NCBI GenBank assembly: GCA_902529885.1
Contig: CABZYC010000002.1
Span: 1 to 59,611 of the forward strand
Direction of reading: 5' to 3'
DNA from: an uncultured Candidatus Woesearchaeota archaeon
GTDB lineage: Archaea; Nanobdellota; Nanobdellia; Woesearchaeales; GW2011-AR9
Length of the DNA: 59,611 nucleotides
Notes under the pieces: model-generated
What the model was told of the DNA's origin: nothing
The model's input: only the letters and a program-made list of their open reading frames with translations
The model's database searches: none
Shown: piece by piece, positions 36,542-44,834 of the stretch
Layout of the letters: each line of letters starts with the position of its first letter
Position numbering within the stretch: the stretch's first letter is position 1
Position numbers and translations under genes: made by a program

Positions 36542-36843
36542 TCCTCGTCTAAATCGTCCCCAAAATCGTCAGTATCCGTATATTCAACCTTTTTCTCTTC
36601 AGGCATATCATCCAATGAGAATTCAACAAACCTGTTTCTTGACACACTTTTTGAACCTGCAATCTTAGCAAAAGCTAATTTTGAGGTTACACGAGTTATT
36701 TCAATTTCAACTGTATCCCCTTTTTTAGTGTTGGGTACAATTACAACAAAACCTTTTATACGAGTTACCCCGTCACCTTTTGCACCTTGGTCAGTGATAT
36801 TGACTGTGTGCACGTCTCCTTGTTTTACTGGGACATCTTGCAT
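36538..36843 (-). CDS. TRAM-domain protein with acidic tail
   Basis: VKQGDVHTVNITDQGAKGDGVTRIKGFVVIVPNTKKGDTVEIEITRV is a TRAM OB pattern. Confidence 0.75.
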   Translation of the reverse strand: MQDVPVKQGDVHTVNITDQGAKGDGVTRIKGFVVIVPNTKKGDTVEIEITRVTSKLAFAKIAGSKSVSRNRFVEFSLDDMPEEKKVEYTDTDDFGDDLDEE

Positions 36844-36885
36844 ATATACTAATACAATAATAAAAGTAATTTAAAAAGGTATTGC

Positions 36886-37815
36886 CTATACATCTAATAA
36901 TCCGCCCTCTGTAACCATAAAACAACATTCACCGTCAGGCAAATTAGGAGCATCAATAAGTTTAGCTACCCGGGTACCTTTCTTACCTTTCCTAAGATAT
37001 ATCCTGAATGTTGAAGCGTGTGCAACAACATGCCCACCAATCGCAGTTGTTGGATCACCAAAAAATTGGTCTGGTTTTGACATAACCTGGTTTGTTACAA
37101 AAACGCAAAGGTTATGGGTACTACTAAGTTTACCTAAAGTTGACATGTGACGATTCAATTTTTGTTGACGTTCTGCTAAAGTGCCTCGCCCAATGTACTC
37201 CGCACGAAAGTGTGCAGTTAAAGAGTCCACTACAACCAATTTTATGTTTTGACCATCACGCGTAATTAATTCATCGACTTTTTCAGCTAATAACATTTGA
37301 TGGTCAGAATTAAATGCCTTCGCAACCATAATTTTGTTTAAGGCTTCTTCATGATCTAAGCCTGCTGCAGTAGCAAGCTGAATTATACGCTCGGGTCTAA
37401 ACGTGTTCTCAGTATCAATGTATACAACGCGTGCTTCAGGATCTGACTTTAAGAGTTGTGTTGCAAGAACGTGGCCAACCTGGGTTTTCCCAGAACCGAA
37501 TTCACCAAAACATTCACAGATTGCGCCAGTCTCAAAACCGCCTTCCAACAAATTATTGAAACCTTCACAACCCGTACTAATCTTGGTCACAAGTTCACGC
37601 TTTTTCATCACGGCCATGCCTGATTCAAAGCCCATATTCAAATTATCTCGAGCGTACTGGATCATTTTACGTGATACTGATTCGGACACACCAGTTGCTT
37701 CAACAAGACTGCCAATACTAGCAACTGCGATAGACAATAAATCGTGGTATCCCGCACTGGTCAATTTTTCAGCAGTTGCAGCGCCAACACCAGGTATTGA
37801 AGTTATCTCTGACAT
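36886..37815 (-). CDS. radA: DNA repair and recombination protein RadA
   Basis: N-terminal HhH (IPGVGAATAEKL), Walker A GEFGSGKTQ, Walker B LVVVDS. Confidence 0.93.
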   Translation of the reverse strand: MSEITSIPGVGAATAEKLTSAGYHDLLSIAVASIGSLVEATGVSESVSRKMIQYARDNLNMGFESGMAVMKKRELVTKISTGCEGFNNLLEGGFETGAICECFGEFGSGKTQVGHVLATQLLKSDPEARVVYIDTENTFRPERIIQLATAAGLDHEEALNKIMVAKAFNSDHQMLLAEKVDELITRDGQNIKLVVVDSLTAHFRAEYIGRGTLAERQQKLNRHMSTLGKLSSTHNLCVFVTNQVMSKPDQFFGDPTTAIGGHVVAHASTFRIYLRKGKKGTRVAKLIDAPNLPDGECCFMVTEGGLLDV

Positions 37816-37816
37816 T

Positions 37817-38041
37817 TTATAGCTCGCTCACTGTTAATTCTTGATAGATCTTTTGTATAACTACATTTACTTTTGGTAAATCATTTAATCTGAAACTTGA
37901 AGTGTTCTTCCAATTACCTTCTTTATCCTGGTAAACTCTTTCTATTGAAACCGTTTGATATACACCAGCATTATTCACTTCGTTTTCCCATACAGTAGCA
38001 CGAATGCTACCCGCTTTATATTTTTTAATTGGTTGATTCAT
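37817..38041 (-). CDS. 74-aa hypothetical protein (start taken at MNQPIKKYKAGS)
   Basis: The internal ATG is preceded by AGAGGA, and a TATA-like element lies at 38111-38120. The longer ORF-track version overlaps the upstream gene. Confidence 0.45.
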   Translation of the reverse strand: MNQPIKKYKAGSIRATVWENEVNNAGVYQTVSIERVYQDKEGNWKNTSSFRLNDLPKVNVVIQKIYQELTVSEL

Positions 38042-38148
38042 CTTTTCCTCTTGCTTATCGCTTTTTATTTCATCCCATAGGGGAGGATTACTTGTTAGAT
38101 TAGAAATAGTACTTATAAAGATGTTAAGTGTTTGTCCAGTATGACGCG

Positions 38149-38595
38149 TTATAATAAATGAACGATCCATACTAAAAGACAAGCAACAATAATATGTTCT
38201 AAAGTGCTACCTACCCTTAACGGGCCTTTAATCTTAAATCGTAAAGGATAAAATATCCGTAAACCACTCAGACTTATACCGTCGCCAGTAATATGTGCGA
38301 AGTACCCTATGATTAATGCGGTTGCATAATATCTATTAACAAAATAGTCTATTGTAAAATATAATATTGAGAAAAAAAGTAAACTGTGAATAAAACCCCT
38401 ATGAGGAAACGTTTTTGCTACAAGTCTCCCTAACGGCCCACTCCATTTACAAATCTTACTGTTCCCTTCATCAATATCCGGTAATAAACTACCAAGTAAT
38501 ACTGTTAAAAAAAGTAGTACTTGGTTCCCAATAAGATACGGTTGTACTAACAAAAATGCTAGCACACCTAAAGTTAGATGACCAACAAAAAGCAT
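38149..38595 (-). CDS. membrane-bound metal-dependent hydrolase (YdjM/DUF457-like)
   Basis: GSLLPDIDE...HRGFIHSL...HITGD motifs in a 4-TM protein. Confidence 0.7.
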   Translation of the reverse strand: MLFVGHLTLGVLAFLLVQPYLIGNQVLLFLTVLLGSLLPDIDEGNSKICKWSGPLGRLVAKTFPHRGFIHSLLFFSILYFTIDYFVNRYYATALIIGYFAHITGDGISLSGLRIFYPLRFKIKGPLRVGSTLEHIIVACLLVWIVHLL

Positions 38596-39515
38596 TACTC
38601 AGTTGTTGGTTCAGCACGTTGTACTCGGTTAACAACAAGTTCATTCCGGTTAAACATACTATTTTCTTTCACCACACCAACTATCACTACTTGTTCACCT
38701 AACAAAGATAAACGTACATCTTCAAAACTACCTTCACGCAAAGAGACCATCTCCTCTTCTGATTTACCGCACAATTGGTTTGTTTGAGATTTCCAAAACA
38801 CTGCCCGCATTGTACCAGTACCATCATCCAAAACAACATTAGTTACATAACTTACAGCAGGTTCAACAGTCCCGTGAACCTCACAGTTCCCGTCAGTAAC
38901 ACGTTTTCTACATTCAGGACACTGATCAAAAAATCGAGTATCATAAAATTGTACTATACTTGCTAAAAATTCAACCTTACTATCCCCTGGCATTGCGTCT
39001 TTAATATCAATACGTTCAATTACAGAAACAGGGATGTCAATGGACACGCCTTCTGGATTTCGTTCAATGTTTGCACGAGCACCACAATGAACTTCTACGT
39101 TCCCACGCCCATCTTTGGCATACGCGCCAGAAACCCTGATTGTATCTCCTACTTGTACAGTTGAAACCATAGCTGTCGCAGTATCCCAACATACAAACCT
39201 GATTTTGCCAGAGGTGTCTCCAATGAAAAGGGTCTGTACAGTACCAGTACCATCTTTACGTTTGAACGTACGTTTTTCATAAATGTCTAGTACTTTCGCA
39301 TCAAAGTTTATGTCCATTGCACCAGCTTCAATTGATTTTATAGTCATCTTTTCTGGTTCACTAGCAGTCACACCAACTTCATTCGCAATAATGTGTAGTG
39401 CACCTTCTGCACTTATTAATCCTGATAATTCTTGAACTTTCGCTTGAACTTTTTCTTCAATCTGTGCATCAGTTAAGCCAGTAGCTTGTAGTTTTAGCCT
39501 AATTTCTTCAGTCAT
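38595..39515 (-). CDS. rpa: replication protein A-like ssDNA-binding protein (OB folds plus zinc ribbon)
   Basis: N-terminal helical domain and two OB-fold regions. The second is interrupted by CPECRKRV...CEVHG. Confidence 0.75.
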   Translation of the reverse strand: MTEEIRLKLQATGLTDAQIEEKVQAKVQELSGLISAEGALHIIANEVGVTASEPEKMTIKSIEAGAMDINFDAKVLDIYEKRTFKRKDGTGTVQTLFIGDTSGKIRFVCWDTATAMVSTVQVGDTIRVSGAYAKDGRGNVEVHCGARANIERNPEGVSIDIPVSVIERIDIKDAMPGDSKVEFLASIVQFYDTRFFDQCPECRKRVTDGNCEVHGTVEPAVSYVTNVVLDDGTGTMRAVFWKSQTNQLCGKSEEEMVSLREGSFEDVRLSLLGEQVVIVGVVKENSMFNRNELVVNRVQRAEPTTE

Positions 39516-39555
39516 CCTATCTTACCTTAACTAATCGTATTTAATCATTGTTGTT

Positions 39556-40557
39556 TCATTGACCAAAGGTGTAATATTCGTCCTCCGAAGGAAATGAAAG
39601 ATAGACATGATCCATAGTTTTACTTATGTTCAATATATTATTACAAAATGTAATAGTTGTTTCACAGTTTAAATCAGCTAATGAATAAGAGTAAGTGTTA
39701 ACTATTTTATCAGAATAGCTTGATGATACAGACACTGTACTCGGGGATACCCTTACTTCTTCAGTAAACTCAGTTATAGTAAACGTTTCATCTGGGTTTC
39801 GTACTAAAATATTGTTCTCTTCAACCTTTATTGTTTTTGGTAAATTTGCTTCGTTGACATGAAAATCTATCTCAACACCCCCAATCATTAAACATACTGT
39901 ATTCAATGAGTGGCCGCACACATCCACTTGGGAACTTAAACAACCATAATAATCAAACAAACTTTTACATGAATCATGCCCTGATGATAATCTTCCGTTT
40001 AATTCGTCAAAATTGATTTGGTCCAATTCAAAATCGTAAGGCAATATTGCTGTATTCGTATCATCTAGCTTGTAGGTAATCTCCCCAACTAAGTCCTGGC
40101 CCATAGATACACTTATTGAAGGACAATTTACAGGGGTCCTAACAGCGTATGTTCCACCACCATAACCATCAGGACTTGCATCAAAATCCACTGTTGATGT
40201 TTGTTCTGTTACAAACGCGTCTTCGCACATGGACATAACAGGTTCAACCAAATTAACCTGAACCTCCGTAGCTTGCAAGGCACACCATTCCTGATCAAAA
40301 AGTATGGGGAGTTCACCGTTGACCCCACACAAACTAATCTCTGTGTTGACCAAGGAATCCTCTTGAATTTTATCTTGCATCTCTATCGCCCATAACCTGT
40401 GCCCGGTTATCACTGTCTTCATGAAAAGTGAATGGTCAGGAGCAGTGTCGGTCTGACCACTAACTTCATAAGATATATTTCTTAATTCGGCTGCAAGAAA
40501 TAATATACTAGCAAGTACACTAATGAGTGCAAAGCTCATTAGTAAACCACGTTTCAC
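39556..40557 (-). CDS. class III signal peptide (prepilin-like) secreted protein, 333 aa, Cys-containing
   Basis: GTG start. N-terminus MKRG|LLMSFALISVLASILFLAA. The start overlaps the upstream stop (GTGA). Confidence 0.6.
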   Translation of the reverse strand: MKRGLLMSFALISVLASILFLAAELRNISYEVSGQTDTAPDHSLFMKTVITGHRLWAIEMQDKIQEDSLVNTEISLCGVNGELPILFDQEWCALQATEVQVNLVEPVMSMCEDAFVTEQTSTVDFDASPDGYGGGTYAVRTPVNCPSISVSMGQDLVGEITYKLDDTNTAILPYDFELDQINFDELNGRLSSGHDSCKSLFDYYGCLSSQVDVCGHSLNTVCLMIGGVEIDFHVNEANLPKTIKVEENNILVRNPDETFTITEFTEEVRVSPSTVSVSSSYSDKIVNTYSYSLADLNCETTITFCNNILNISKTMDHVYLSFPSEDEYYTFGQ

Positions 40558-40886
40558 TTTTTTACCCCCACAATACTCTCACCGTAACGTACACCCCTTA
40601 AATCCGATGGGCACACACCCAAAGTTGAGTCTCCCCTTGATTTACTTGTTACCATCATGGTGTTAACATCACAAGTGTAAACTGTCTCTAAGTGTTCCCC
40701 TTTAGTATTTATTAAAACGAATGAAGACGATATTTCTTCATAATCTCTAAGAACATTGTCCAAACTATGCTCTTTCATTTCAACAATTGAGTCTGTAGAC
40801 AACCCGATTACCATCCACATTAAAATCATCAAAATGATCATGACAATACTATCAATAGTAAAACTGAAAATAAAACCGCGCTTCAT
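40554..40886 (-). CDS. class III signal peptide (prepilin-like) protein, 110 aa
   Basis: N-terminus MKRG|FIFSFTIDSIVMIILMILMWMVIGL. ATGA overlaps at both ends. Confidence 0.6.
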   Translation of the reverse strand: MKRGFIFSFTIDSIVMIILMILMWMVIGLSTDSIVEMKEHSLDNVLRDYEEISSSFVLINTKGEHLETVYTCDVNTMMVTSKSRGDSTLGVCPSDLRGVRYGESIVGVKK

Positions 40887-41350
40887 TTTAACCCTGGTGA
40901 CCCCGTCACCCTTACATACCGCGGTATTAGTTTCCCATCAACATAAATGTTTGTTAAAAGAGTAATTGTCTCTAATTTGTACCGTACAAAATTGCTTGTT
41001 TGCGCAGAATGTTCTATTGTCTCACCATCGTTCGCTAATACTTCTACTAATACAGAAGGATACTGTTGAGGTATCCTTGGATCATTATTAATGCACACAT
41101 CTAAATTTTCATTAGTAAGCCGATCGAGTTCAATGCTGTTTGGCACAACAATCTTATCTTCATAAGCAACACATCTTGGTTCAGAAGTTATACGGTCATA
41201 CATCAAAGTTAAATCCATTTTGAACGGCTCTTGTGCAATTGCATCACGATAGTCTGACACCTTGCTTACTTGATAAAAAAGTATACTCCCACTTATGAAT
41301 ACCCCCATGAACACAATCATTATTAAAGCAAGTATGTTCCCTCTCTTCAT
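40883..41350 (-). CDS. class III signal peptide (prepilin-like) protein, 155 aa
   Basis: N-terminus MKRG|NILALIMIVFMGVFISGSILFY. ATGA overlaps at both ends. Confidence 0.6.
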   Translation of the reverse strand: MKRGNILALIMIVFMGVFISGSILFYQVSKVSDYRDAIAQEPFKMDLTLMYDRITSEPRCVAYEDKIVVPNSIELDRLTNENLDVCINNDPRIPQQYPSVLVEVLANDGETIEHSAQTSNFVRYKLETITLLTNIYVDGKLIPRYVRVTGSPGLK

Positions 41351-41745
41351 GATTCACACTCCATTAATTGAATTAGGTTAGATTCACGACTGATGCATAA
41401 CTTACTGAAATTGGTCGCCGTTCCAACCACTGAAATATGTTCTGGAATGTTCATCTTTGTAGAGTATGAAAATGTAAGATATCCTGATTCTGTTATTCCA
41501 ACCTTATCATCAATCAAAGACACAGTATAATTCTTTGTATCCGATAAATCAAAAGATACGTTCTGATCAAACGGGAAAGAAGCAACAGAATATACAATGT
41601 ATCTTACTTGGTTAGCAATAAAAATTTGGTCAATAGAACTACTATCAACCAATTGTATTACAACGTACCACGATAAAATTGCAATTGATACAATCATAAT
41701 TGTGATCACCATTTTTGGTTCTACTAGTTGTGTTCCTTTTTTCAT
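41347..41745 (-). CDS. class III signal peptide (prepilin-like) protein, 132 aa
   Basis: N-terminus MKKG|TQLVEPKMVITIMIVSIAILSWYVVI. Confidence 0.55.
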   Translation of the reverse strand: MKKGTQLVEPKMVITIMIVSIAILSWYVVIQLVDSSSIDQIFIANQVRYIVYSVASFPFDQNVSFDLSDTKNYTVSLIDDKVGITESGYLTFSYSTKMNIPEHISVVGTATNFSKLCISRESNLIQLMECES

Positions 41746-41754
41746 TCATACACC

Positions 41755-41826
41755 TTAATTCCTATCATCAAACTGAGCCATCTGCTTATCGTGGTCAGTG
41801 CCACCCATCTCACCTGGGATATAATC
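41755..41826 (-). repeat. 72-nt direct repeat copy 1 (3' end of paralogue A)
   Basis: 69 of 72 nt are identical to 42656-42727. Identity drops sharply beyond that. Confidence 0.9.
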
Positions 41827-42654
41827 CATCTCAGTAGTTTGTAATGTTTGGTCGGTATAATCGCCATCATCAAAGCGTTTATGATATTGGTATACGTAAA
41901 CTGTTCGATCATTATTATCAGAACTAACATACACAGTTCTACGACGAGAAAGAATTTGGTTATTTATTGCTATACCTTTCTGATTTTCCTCATCATAGTC
42001 TAAATCATAGACATATTCTCTTGTTGCTAATCGAGCTAAACCACGCTCAATAGCCCACCCGTTTGAAAATTCATAAATCTGTTTATCACCATACACACCA
42101 GAATATTCAATATGGAACCCTAAATCGTTAAAACAACGTGCATTATCATCTGACAATATTATGTTTTCACCAGATTTACTAACTTCGAAATCTTTCATGT
42201 AACACAAACAGTTATCTTTACAAGTTGAAGGGACTGCTATCTTGACTAGAATTCCGTTATTACTTGCAAAACTGCAAGCTAACCAAGTTGCACCTAAACT
42301 TAACCATTTCCAATTCCCTACATCATCCCAGCAGTCGTCCTCTGCAACATCTTCATAATTCAAATATTTTGCTGATTCATATTTAAGATATTTCATATCT
42401 AAATTTTCACTACTATCTTCAAAAAAAACAATGGCGCTAGGGTGATCAAGTATAACAATGTGGGCACGTTCACGTTCATGCTCGCCCTCACTTGATTCCA
42501 CTAAAAATTCTTGGAACTTGTCAAACCCGTACATACTTTCATCATGGAGACTGTACGCAATCAATAAACTTACAACAAGTACAAGCAACGCTATCAAAAC
42601 GTCACCTAAATGAGCCATCATCCATGAAACTTGCCCTTTCTTTCCTACTTGCAT
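41755..42654 (-). CDS. class III signal peptide (prepilin-like) protein, 299 aa, paralogue A (start at internal ATG 42654)
   Basis: N-terminus MQVGKKG|QVSWMMAHLGDVLIALLVLVVSLLIAYS aligns with the paralogue upstream. The ORF-track extension to 42891 overlaps that paralogue and reads repeat sequence in another frame. Confidence 0.6.
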   Translation of the reverse strand: MQVGKKGQVSWMMAHLGDVLIALLVLVVSLLIAYSLHDESMYGFDKFQEFLVESSEGEHERERAHIVILDHPSAIVFFEDSSENLDMKYLKYESAKYLNYEDVAEDDCWDDVGNWKWLSLGATWLACSFASNNGILVKIAVPSTCKDNCLCYMKDFEVSKSGENIILSDDNARCFNDLGFHIEYSGVYGDKQIYEFSNGWAIERGLARLATREYVYDLDYDEENQKGIAINNQILSRRRTVYVSSDNNDRTVYVYQYHKRFDDGDYTDQTLQTTEMDYIPGEMGGTDHDKQMAQFDDRN

Positions 42655-42655
42655 A

Positions 42656-42727
42656 TTAATTCCTATCATCAAACTGAGCCATCTGCTTATCATGGTCAGT
42701 GCCACCCATTTCACCTGGGACATAATC
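42656..42727 (-). repeat. 72-nt direct repeat copy 2 (3' end of paralogue B)
   Basis: 69 of 72 nt are identical to 41755-41826. It encodes ..PGEMGGTDHDKQMAQFDDRN plus the stop. Confidence 0.9.
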
Positions 42728-43459
42728 ATGCTCTGTTGACTGCGATGTTTCATCAAACAAATTTTCTCCATCTGTCCGTTTCTGAAACTGGTACACGTAC
42801 ACTGTTGAATCATCTTGGTCATAACTGATATAAACTGTTCTTCTCCTGGCTTGTATTTGGTTACTAATTGCAGCACCCTTAGAATTTTCATCTAATTCAA
42901 CATCGTACACCTCATCATTATCTGTTACTAGCTCAGCTAATCCCCTCTCAATCAGCCATCCATTTCTCAGATCATAAATATCTTTATCACCGTACACTGC
43001 AGAAAAACTTAATGGGAAACCAATATTATTGTAACATTTAGCTTTATCTTCACTTAAAGTTGTGTAAAGGCCACTTGTACTTACCTCAAAATTTTTCATA
43101 TAACACAAACAATTTTTATCACAAACTGATGGTACTTCAACCTCAATTTGACCAATATATTGATTAAGATAGTCAACCCCATCAAAGGAATTATATGAAT
43201 AAATTAAGTTCTGCTTACCTTCAAAATAAACAATAGCGCTAGGGTTATCTAAAATGACAATATGAGCATGTTCACGTTCATAATCCCCTGAATAAGAATC
43301 TTGTAGCACGTCATGAAAATCATCAAAACCAAAAAAACTTTCATCATGAAGACTGTAACTTAACAATATACCCATGGTTACAACAAATAAGGTTAATAAT
43401 ACGTCCCCTAAATGTGCAGTCATCCATTCTATCTGTGCTCTTCTCAAAATTAATCCCAA
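42656..43459 (-). CDS. class III signal peptide (prepilin-like) protein, 267 aa, paralogue B (TTG start; alternative TTG at 43447 gives MRRAQ...)
   Basis: N-terminus ..LILRRA|QIEWMTAHLGDVLLTLFVVTMGILLSYS. The C-terminal 20 aa are identical to paralogue A. Confidence 0.6.
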   Translation of the reverse strand: MGLILRRAQIEWMTAHLGDVLLTLFVVTMGILLSYSLHDESFFGFDDFHDVLQDSYSGDYEREHAHIVILDNPSAIVYFEGKQNLIYSYNSFDGVDYLNQYIGQIEVEVPSVCDKNCLCYMKNFEVSTSGLYTTLSEDKAKCYNNIGFPLSFSAVYGDKDIYDLRNGWLIERGLAELVTDNDEVYDVELDENSKGAAISNQIQARRRTVYISYDQDDSTVYVYQFQKRTDGENLFDETSQSTEHDYVPGEMGGTDHDKQMAQFDDRN

Positions 43460-43465
43460 TCACCA

Positions 43466-43711
43466 TTAATCGTCATCGTCATCATCACCAGATGACCTGT
43501 CGCATTTTGAAGTGTCACTAGTATCTGTGTCCATCTGATCAGGGATCCCATCACAATCTATATCTCTTGTAACTGCATCAAAACCTTGATTAAACCCATC
43601 TTTACCTTTACCTATGCTTCCAACTGAAAAGCCTATTAAAAGAAGTAAAATTATCACTGCTAACACCCCAAAGATGATTATCATCCATACTGCATCATTC
43701 CCTCGTTTCAT
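43466..43711 (-). CDS. class III signal peptide (prepilin-like) mini-protein, 81 aa, with acidic Asp-rich Ca-binding-like tail
   Basis: The internal ATG at 43711 forms ATGA with the upstream stop. N-terminus MKRG|NDAVWMIIIFGVLAVIILLLLIGF. Tail: DIDCDGIPDQMDTDTSDTSKCDRSSGDDDDDD. Confidence 0.6.
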   Translation of the reverse strand: MKRGNDAVWMIIIFGVLAVIILLLLIGFSVGSIGKGKDGFNQGFDAVTRDIDCDGIPDQMDTDTSDTSKCDRSSGDDDDDD

Positions 43712-44796
43712 GAAAATTTCTCCGCGTACGTTTCCACTTGACAACCCGCATTATTAGCACCGGTTAATGAATCCAATACAATATAACTATAATATCTCTG
43801 TGTCATCAAATCACCGTTATAAAATTCAGTTTTAGCGTCAACCTCAATATTATTCTCTATCTTACTCCCATAATACCAAACAGCAGCAAGCCCACCTACA
43901 ACCAAGAATGCACCTACTACACAGCCCACCCCCGTAGCACATGCACCTACACCCGCAGCTACAGTTGAACTACCAGCAGCGGCAGCTGCTGTGGTAGCGG
44001 CAGCAATTGTAGAATAAGTTACAGCTGCACCCACACCTATCGCACCCACACCAGCTAATAATTTAGCAGAATCCCATAAATATTCAGGTGGTTCGTAATG
44101 GTTCTTACTAAAATACAAAATTGCCATAACATCTTCATTACGTATTGGTTCTTGGATCATGAAAACAGTCTCACCACCAAACAACCCACCACCTTGCAGA
44201 TAATCAATATATTTTATCCCCATCCTAGGACTTTCTTCAGCTGAAATGAATTCGTGCATCTCCCATGCATTTATCATCATGTTTTGGCTTTCATTGTTAA
44301 CAAATTCACTCAAAGAAACAGTTGCACACAGAAAACAGTGTGGATCATCAGAATTCCACCCCAATACTTGGAACGCTTCATCCTTAACACTTGTGAAATA
44401 GTCGTCTTGACGTGCTTCGTTCATCATGTAACGACATTCAACCATCTTCTCTGCAATCATGTGCATAGCCTTCTCCTTCATCAAAAGGTCCGCACCATCT
44501 TTATCAAACGTTTTCTGTAGCCAGACCCAAATCCCTTTATCAGGATACAATATTGAATCCACTGTGTTACATAGGACAGGTGCCCAACTTACTTCTACAC
44601 AATTACTACCATCATCTGAACATTCAGATGTTGCTATCGAACTTGATAGTCTTGACTGTAAACTTGTACGGCATATAGAAACAGGGCTTCTATCTTCACC
44701 AAGTTCAAGTAAAGGAATTAAAATTGAAAGTACTGCGCCAATAGCAATTATTGTTAAAATCATTAAACCTAATGATTGCACTTGACCTCTTCTCAT
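43708..44796 (-). CDS. class III signal peptide (prepilin-like) protein, 362 aa, with C-terminal Gly/Ala-rich hydrophobic segment; paralogue of 44835-45827
   Basis: N-terminus MRRG|QVQSLGLMILTIIAIGAVLSILIPLL. The G/A/V-rich stretch is at residues about 246-310 (nt 43867-44061). Confidence 0.6.
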   Translation of the reverse strand: MRRGQVQSLGLMILTIIAIGAVLSILIPLLELGEDRSPVSICRTSLQSRLSSSIATSECSDDGSNCVEVSWAPVLCNTVDSILYPDKGIWVWLQKTFDKDGADLLMKEKAMHMIAEKMVECRYMMNEARQDDYFTSVKDEAFQVLGWNSDDPHCFLCATVSLSEFVNNESQNMMINAWEMHEFISAEESPRMGIKYIDYLQGGGLFGGETVFMIQEPIRNEDVMAILYFSKNHYEPPEYLWDSAKLLAGVGAIGVGAAVTYSTIAAATTAAAAAGSSTVAAGVGACATGVGCVVGAFLVVGGLAAVWYYGSKIENNIEVDAKTEFYNGDLMTQRYYSYIVLDSLTGANNAGCQVETYAEKFS

Positions 44797-44805
44797 GTAA
44801 TATAG

Positions 44806-44822
44806 ATGTTGTAATAAATAAA
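44806..44822 (-). promoter_or_regulatory. A/T-rich TATA-like element upstream of 43708-44796
   Basis: The minus strand reads gcctTTTTATTTATTacaacatctatattacATG. This lies in a 38-nt gap, one of the larger intergenic gaps in the array. Confidence 0.3.
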
Positions 44823-44834
44823 AAGGCTTTCGGT

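Noticed and set aside
42655-42891. N-terminal 79-codon extension of ORF 41755-42891, and the small ORF 41742-41930.
   Set aside because: The extension overlaps the 3' end of the upstream paralogue. It merely reads the 72-nt repeat in another frame (…SQVKWVALTMISRWLSLMIGI…, mirrored by ORF 41742-41930). The internal ATG at 42654 gives an N-terminus that aligns with the paralogue.
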